Positions 27,970 to 32,081 of a stretch of DNA of 32,081 bases are shown here, one piece after another. The stretch covers positions 1-32,081 of the forward strand of contig CAZFLB010000181.1 in the NCBI GenBank assembly GCA_964518945.1, given 5' to 3'. A program made the position numbers and the translations under genes. Origin of the DNA: an uncultured Acidobacteriota bacterium (lineage in GTDB: Bacteria; Acidobacteriota; Vicinamibacteria; Marinacidobacterales; SMYC01). A model generated the notes under the pieces. The model did not search any database, had not been told where the DNA came from, and saw only the letters and a list, made by a program, of their open reading frames with translations. Numbering within the stretch: the stretch's first letter is position 1; every line of letters begins with the position of its first letter.

Positions 27970-29001
27970 ATGACTTCTATGAATCTTGTGGGTTTAACTA
28001 GCTCAGAGCTTGAACGAGAGATGGTTTGCTGAGGACTTCCAGCTTATCGAGGCAGGCAGGTATACCGTTGGCTTTACGCGACTCCAGTAGAAAATTTTGA
28101 TGGAATGACGGATTTGCCTTTAGTTGTGCGTGAGCAGTTGAAATCGGATTTCGTTTTGAGTCGTCCGAATGTCGGGAGACGGCAAATTGCTAGCGACGGG
28201 ACTACCAAGTTTCTATTCGATTTCCGAGACGGTTCAAATGTAGAGACTGTGTACATTCCAGAGGGAGAACGCCATACCTTCTGCTTATCGACACAGGTGG
28301 GGCGTCCACTAAAGTGTTCTTTCTGTTTTTCAGGCAAGGTCCGTTTCGAACGTAATCTTGAGTGTGGAGAGATTATCTCGCAGTTTATGGCAGCCAGAAA
28401 TTCGCTGAGCACTTTACCTGCACGGAGTAACGTCGTGTTTATGGGAATGGGTGAGCCATTGCTGAATTTTGATGCAGTCGTTAAATCAATACAAATCTTA
28501 ACGGATGCTAAAGGGTTAGGGATCTCACCACGGCGGATAACCTTGTCGACAGCCGGACTAGTTGATGAAATTAGGCGTTTTGCCGAGACATTACCTGCTG
28601 TTGGTATTGCAATAAGCCTTCATGCAACAACAAATAAATTGCGGGAGAGAATCATGCCCGTCAACAAGAGCAATCCTATTGAAGAATTAATTCAAATGAC
28701 TCGCGACCTACCATTGCCTCGAAGAAGAAGAATTACTTTTGAGTATGTGCTTCTGGGTGGTGAGAATGACTCAATACTGGATGCAAAACAGCTTGTCTCC
28801 CTTCTTAAGGGTGTGAAGGCTAAGGTGAATCTCATTGCATACAATCCTTGGCCAAGCTCACCGCATCGAAGATCACCGACAAAGTCAACGGAGAATTTTC
28901 TGGAAGTACTAATGAATTCTGGTATGACAGTAAGCCTTAGAAGAAGTCGAGGTGATGATATTCTTGCTGCATGCGGACAACTTGCAAACAGCAAGGCCTA
29001 G
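27970..29001 (+). pseudogene. rlmN: 23S rRNA/tRNA C2-methyltransferase RlmN with in-frame TGA (28030-28032) and Cys->Arg in the radical SAM motif
   Basis: Same frame from ATG 27970/27979: MNLVGLTSSELEREMVC*GLPAYRGRQVYRWLY..FDGMTDL. DGTTKFL, VETV, FMGMGEP, ISLHA, FEYVLL, AACGQL are intact. The motif reads QVGRPLKCSFC instead of QVGCxxxCxxC. Confidence 0.8.
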
Positions 29002-29036
29002 TTTTTTGAAATCAGAAAAAGGATTTAAACGTTTGT

Positions 29037-29552
29037 TTAACCTTGCTGGAGTTCTCTGGTTAGTTTCTCTGAAGCTTCTATTACTTCGCTGGCTTTTTTT
29101 TGGCGAAACTCATGAATTTTGTTGCGGATAGTTTCGTCTGATGTTGCTATGATTTGGGCAGCTAGGTGCGCTGCGTTTCGAGCGCCGGCCTTGCCAATTG
29201 CTACTGTTGCCACGGGAAAACCTGCCGGCATTTGAACGGTTGCAAGAAGTGAATCCATTCCGCCTAATGAGGTTGCGGATAGAGGAACACCGATGACAGG
29301 AAGGCAACTATGTGCAGCCATAGCGCCAGCCAAATGAGCTGCAGCACCCGCACCTGCAATAAGTACTTTAACACCTCTTTTTTCTGCTTCTGAAGCAAGT
29401 TTGGCACTACGTTCGGGTGTCCTGTGGGCAGAATACACACCTATTTCGTAGGGTATTTGAAACTCATTTAGAACAGTTGCAGCTTCACTCATGACTTCTT
29501 TGTCAGAGATGCTCCCCATGATAATTATTACTTGTGGCTTGGTTGACGACAA
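29037..29552 (-). CDS. purE: N5-carboxyaminoimidazole ribonucleotide mutase
   Basis: IMGS.SD, SAHRTP, AGAGAAAHLAG, PVIGVP, VQMP.G.PVATV, NAA.LA. Confidence 0.97.
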   Translation of the reverse strand: MSSTKPQVIIIMGSISDKEVMSEAATVLNEFQIPYEIGVYSAHRTPERSAKLASEAEKRGVKVLIAGAGAAAHLAGAMAAHSCLPVIGVPLSATSLGGMDSLLATVQMPAGFPVATVAIGKAGARNAAHLAAQIIATSDETIRNKIHEFRQKKASEVIEASEKLTRELQQG

Positions 29553-29556
29553 TTTT

Positions 29557-30852
29557 TTAGCCTCCAGTTATGCGATTAAGAACCTTACGTCCGATATCTT
29601 TGCGAAAGTGCATTCCATCAAACTGAATACGTTTGATGCCCGTGTAACATTGTTCTACTGTAGTTTGCAAATCCTTACCCAACGCGGTTACGGCAAGAAC
29701 CCGTCCACCTGCGGTGATAAATTTGCCATTATTAGTTTTGGTGCCGGCGTGAAAAACAAATAGGTTTTCCTCACTGTCAAAGGTGAAAGATTCAACACCT
29801 TTTATTATATGGCCAGTTTGGTACTTGCGGGGATATCCGTTGGAAGCTAAGACGACACTGACCGCGGTTTCTTCTGTCCATATAGGGTTTTGGTGTCTTA
29901 ATTCTCCTGAGACGACACTCATTAGTAGCGGCAGGAGATCTGATTCTAAGCGAGGTAGAATTGCTTGGGTTTCAGGGTCTCCTAGGCGGACGTTAAACTC
30001 AAGAACCTTTGGCCCCGTGTTAGTTAGCATTAAGCCGCAGTAAAGAATCCCTTTATAATTTCGATCTTCAGCTGCGAGACCATCAATGGTTGGCTGGACA
30101 ATATTGTCGAAGATCCAGTCAAATGACTCCTGGTTTAGATTGGTTGCAGGGCAAATGCAACCCATTCCACCAGTATTTGGGCCTCTATCGTCGTCGAATG
30201 CACGTTTGAAATCTTGGGCAGCAACGAGTGGAATAGCGTTTGCTCCATCTGATAGAGCAAAAATTGAGACTTCTTCTCCATTTAGAAATTCCTCGAGCAC
30301 TAGCTTAGAACCAGCCTCGCCGAGACGATGGTCAGTAATTAATTTGGTGCATTCGCGAAGTGCATCTTCGACTGTGTTTACGATCAAGACCCCTTTGCCA
30401 CCTGCTAGTCCATCAGCTTTTATGACTAAAGGCATTCCGATTTCTCCACTGTCAAGGACTGTTGTTACTTCGTGCATGGAATTAACACTTCGATAACGAG
30501 CGGTGGGTATTTTGTGCCGCTGCAGGAAATGTTTTGTAAAGATTTTACTGCCTTCTAATGCAGCTGCTGCACGATTGGGTCCGAAAAGAGGTAGCCCTCT
30601 TTTCATGAATTCATCTGCAATACCTAATATTAAAGGTAGCTCTGGACCTACGACGGTAAGGTCAATGGAGTTGTGCTCTGCAAAATCGGCAATACTGTTA
30701 ATGTCAGCATTATCGATATTCACACAGTTTGCGATGGTGCTTATCCCGGCGTTGCCAGGAGCGCAATAAAGTGACTCGATTTCAGGGCTTTGTTTGAGCT
30801 TCCATGCGATCGCGTGTTCTCGCCCGCCGCTGCCAATAATTAAAACTCTCAA
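29557..30852 (-). CDS. purD: Phosphoribosylamine-glycine ligase
   Basis: IGSGGREHA, PGNAG, VGPE.PL, KADGLAGGKGV, QD.KR..D.D.GPNTGGMG, EFNVRLGDPE, GGRVL. Confidence 0.98.
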   Translation of the reverse strand: MRVLIIGSGGREHAIAWKLKQSPEIESLYCAPGNAGISTIANCVNIDNADINSIADFAEHNSIDLTVVGPELPLILGIADEFMKRGLPLFGPNRAAAALEGSKIFTKHFLQRHKIPTARYRSVNSMHEVTTVLDSGEIGMPLVIKADGLAGGKGVLIVNTVEDALRECTKLITDHRLGEAGSKLVLEEFLNGEEVSIFALSDGANAIPLVAAQDFKRAFDDDRGPNTGGMGCICPATNLNQESFDWIFDNIVQPTIDGLAAEDRNYKGILYCGLMLTNTGPKVLEFNVRLGDPETQAILPRLESDLLPLLMSVVSGELRHQNPIWTEETAVSVVLASNGYPRKYQTGHIIKGVESFTFDSEENLFVFHAGTKTNNGKFITAGGRVLAVTALGKDLQTTVEQCYTGIKRIQFDGMHFRKDIGRKVLNRITGG

Positions 30853-30904
30853 GATGACATAAACTTCAATAAATCAGCAATTTAAGCTAAAAAATCGACC
30901 TGAG

Positions 30905-30934
30905 ATTATCCCACGGTGATCTTGGAAGTGTCAA
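30905..30934 (-). promoter_or_regulatory. Probable sigma70 promoter for purD-purE
   Basis: Minus strand TTGACA (30934-30929), 18 bp spacer, GATAAT (30910-30905) preceded by TG-n (extended -10). Confidence 0.65.
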
Positions 30935-30965
30935 CAATTGAGTTGCATAAGAGCAAAAGAACTGT

Positions 30966-30995
30966 TTGACAATCGACAATCTCGTTACTTATAGT
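30966..30995 (+). promoter_or_regulatory. Probable sigma70 promoter for rpsU
   Basis: TTGACA (30966-30971), 18 bp spacer, TATAGT (30990-30995); predicted start near 31002. Confidence 0.75.
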
Positions 30996-31001
30996 ACATT
31001 C

Positions 31002-31148
31002 AATTCGGGCTAAGCCCGAACACCACACGAACCACATTCACCCTCTTTTACTCTCCAAGAAAGAGTTGGGAGTGGCGTCTCTTGAGGCGTCTGATAGAGT
31101 CTGGGTTTCGGTTCCGTGTTGTGGGTAAGAGAGGAGGTGCTATTAAAG
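31002..31148 (+). promoter_or_regulatory. Structured 5' leader RNA of rpsU (candidate cis-regulatory element)
   Basis: Hairpin TTCGGGC-TAA-GCCCGAA (31004-31020); long-range stem 31021-31033/31110-31123; inner hairpins 31050-31073 and 31075-31090; anti-SD 31039-31051 complementary to 31125-31139. Confidence 0.5.
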
Positions 31149-31388
31149 TTGGTGGAAATCCGAGTCAGTGATAATGAATCTATTGAGAGTGCGTTACGAC
31201 GTTTTAAGCGTAAGGTACAGCAAGAAGACATTATTAAAGAGATAAAAAAACACTCGTTCTATATGAAGCCGGGTGATAAAAAACGTGCTAAGCAGGCGCT
31301 AGCTCGCAAGAGACAGCGCAAGAAAATGCGTCGCGAACAAACTGACTGCGAAGCGGCTGTGTGCTGTTTGAACCCTCATTTCATGTGA
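31149..31388 (+). CDS. rpsU: 30S ribosomal protein S21
   Basis: ESIESALRRFKRKV....I..EIKKHSFY.KPG..KR. SD GGAGGT at 31133-31138; start TTG 31149 (GTG 31152 alternative). Confidence 0.95.
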   Translation: MVEIRVSDNESIESALRRFKRKVQQEDIIKEIKKHSFYMKPGDKKRAKQALARKRQRKKMRREQTDCEAAVCCLNPHFM

Positions 31389-32081
31389 TTGTTCTCACTG
31401 GATTGTATGGAGGTGATGGCTGCAACGTTCACTATGTCCTCTATGCTACAACCCCGGGAGAGATCGTTTGCAGGTGCAGATAAACCTTGAAGTATAGGGC
31501 CAGTTGCTGAAGCGCCTGCTAATCGCTCTACGAGTTTGCAGCTTATATTTCCTGAATTAAGGTCAGGAAAAATCAATGTGTTTGCACGTCCGGCAATTTG
31601 ACTCGTAGGTGATTTACGCTCACTTGTGTCAGGATTGATCGCTGCATCTGCTTGGAGTTCTCCATCACAAAGCAGTTCGGGAGACCTCGTTTTTAATGTG
31701 CGTGTAGCTTCTGCCACTTTGCGAGCATGTGGATGCGTTGTACTTCCTTTTGTAGAGAAAGATAGAAGGGCAACGCGTGGCTCCGTATTTAGAAACAAGC
31801 GTGTGTTGGAAGCGGCGAGCTGTGCGACCTCAACGAGTTCTGAAGCATTGGGTTCTGGAAGTACTGCGCAATCGGCAAAGACGTACTGCCCCCGCTCATC
31901 TTGAAAACTCATAAGAAAAAAGCTAGACACTCGTCGAATACCCTTCTTTGTCCCGAAGACCCGGATTGCGGCTCTTATGACACTTGCAGTATGGTTTTCT
32001 GCCCCCGCTACGTATCCGGCAGCTTCACCTGATGCGACCATCAGGGCACCGAAATTAAGGGGTTCTTTGACCTGTTTGCGC
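31376..32081 (-). CDS. pta: Phosphate acetyltransferase, 5'-truncated by the window edge
   Basis: Frame is open to the window end (..PLNFGALMV). FADCAV.P.P, LSFSTKGS, DGELQADAA, ANTLIFPDLNSGNI, GPILQGL..PANDLSRG. Confidence 0.88.
   Translation of the reverse strand, partial: RKQVKEPLNFGALMVASGEAAGYVAGAENHTASVIRAAIRVFGTKKGIRRVSSFFLMSFQDERGQYVFADCAVLPEPNASELVEVAQLAASNTRLFLNTEPRVALLSFSTKGSTTHPHARKVAEATRTLKTRSPELLCDGELQADAAINPDTSERKSPTSQIAGRANTLIFPDLNSGNISCKLVERLAGASATGPILQGLSAPANDLSRGCSIEDIVNVAAITSIQSSENNHMK

Noticed and set aside
28030-28032. TGA in rlmN as selenocysteine or alternative genetic code
   Set aside because: TGA ends many genes here (qhpG, qhpA, qhpD, qhpF, purL), the position is not a conserved Cys, and a second independent lesion exists.
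31002-31125. tRNA, SRP RNA or 6S RNA in the purD-rpsU gap
   Set aside because: No T-loop GTTCRA in a cloverleaf, no CCA end, no SRP GGAA-loop consensus and no terminator before the SD; better explained as an mRNA leader.
1-32081. CRISPR array, transposase, integrase or prophage genes
   Set aside because: No regularly spaced repeats or mobile-element motifs were seen; nearly all of the window is explained by the listed CDSs.

Overview
Gene-dense bacterial chromosomal window, GC roughly mid-40s% by eye. The S21 sequence and lipoprotein style suggest Acidobacteriota (inference). Left part (1-8061): a quinohemoprotein amine dehydrogenase (QHNDH) biogenesis operon in the order qhpG-A-D-C-B-F-E, with no regulator in the window. 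Its gamma-subunit precursor keeps all four cross-link pairs but has a remodelled active-site neighbourhood and an extra C-x5-D. Middle part: a YqgE/AlgH gene, a convergent Tat-subunit + GMC flavoprotein + secreted amidohydrolase unit, a BON protein, an Ig-like/beta-sandwich lipoprotein, a GldA / GldF-GldG / DUF4340 ABC system, and a stand-alone protein made of two PARP-type zinc fingers. Right part: a purine cluster (purD, E, B, S, Q, L, F) interrupted by an M16 peptidase, a YycJ-like MBL hydrolase and an opposite-strand rlmN that carries two inactivating lesions (in-frame TGA and Cys->Arg in CxxxCxxC). The window ends with back-to-back sigma70 promoters, a structured and possibly switchable rpsU leader, rpsU and the 3' part of pta. 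No rRNA, tRNA, CRISPR array or mobile element was recognised. Comparisons to reference proteins are from recalled sequences, not from searches.
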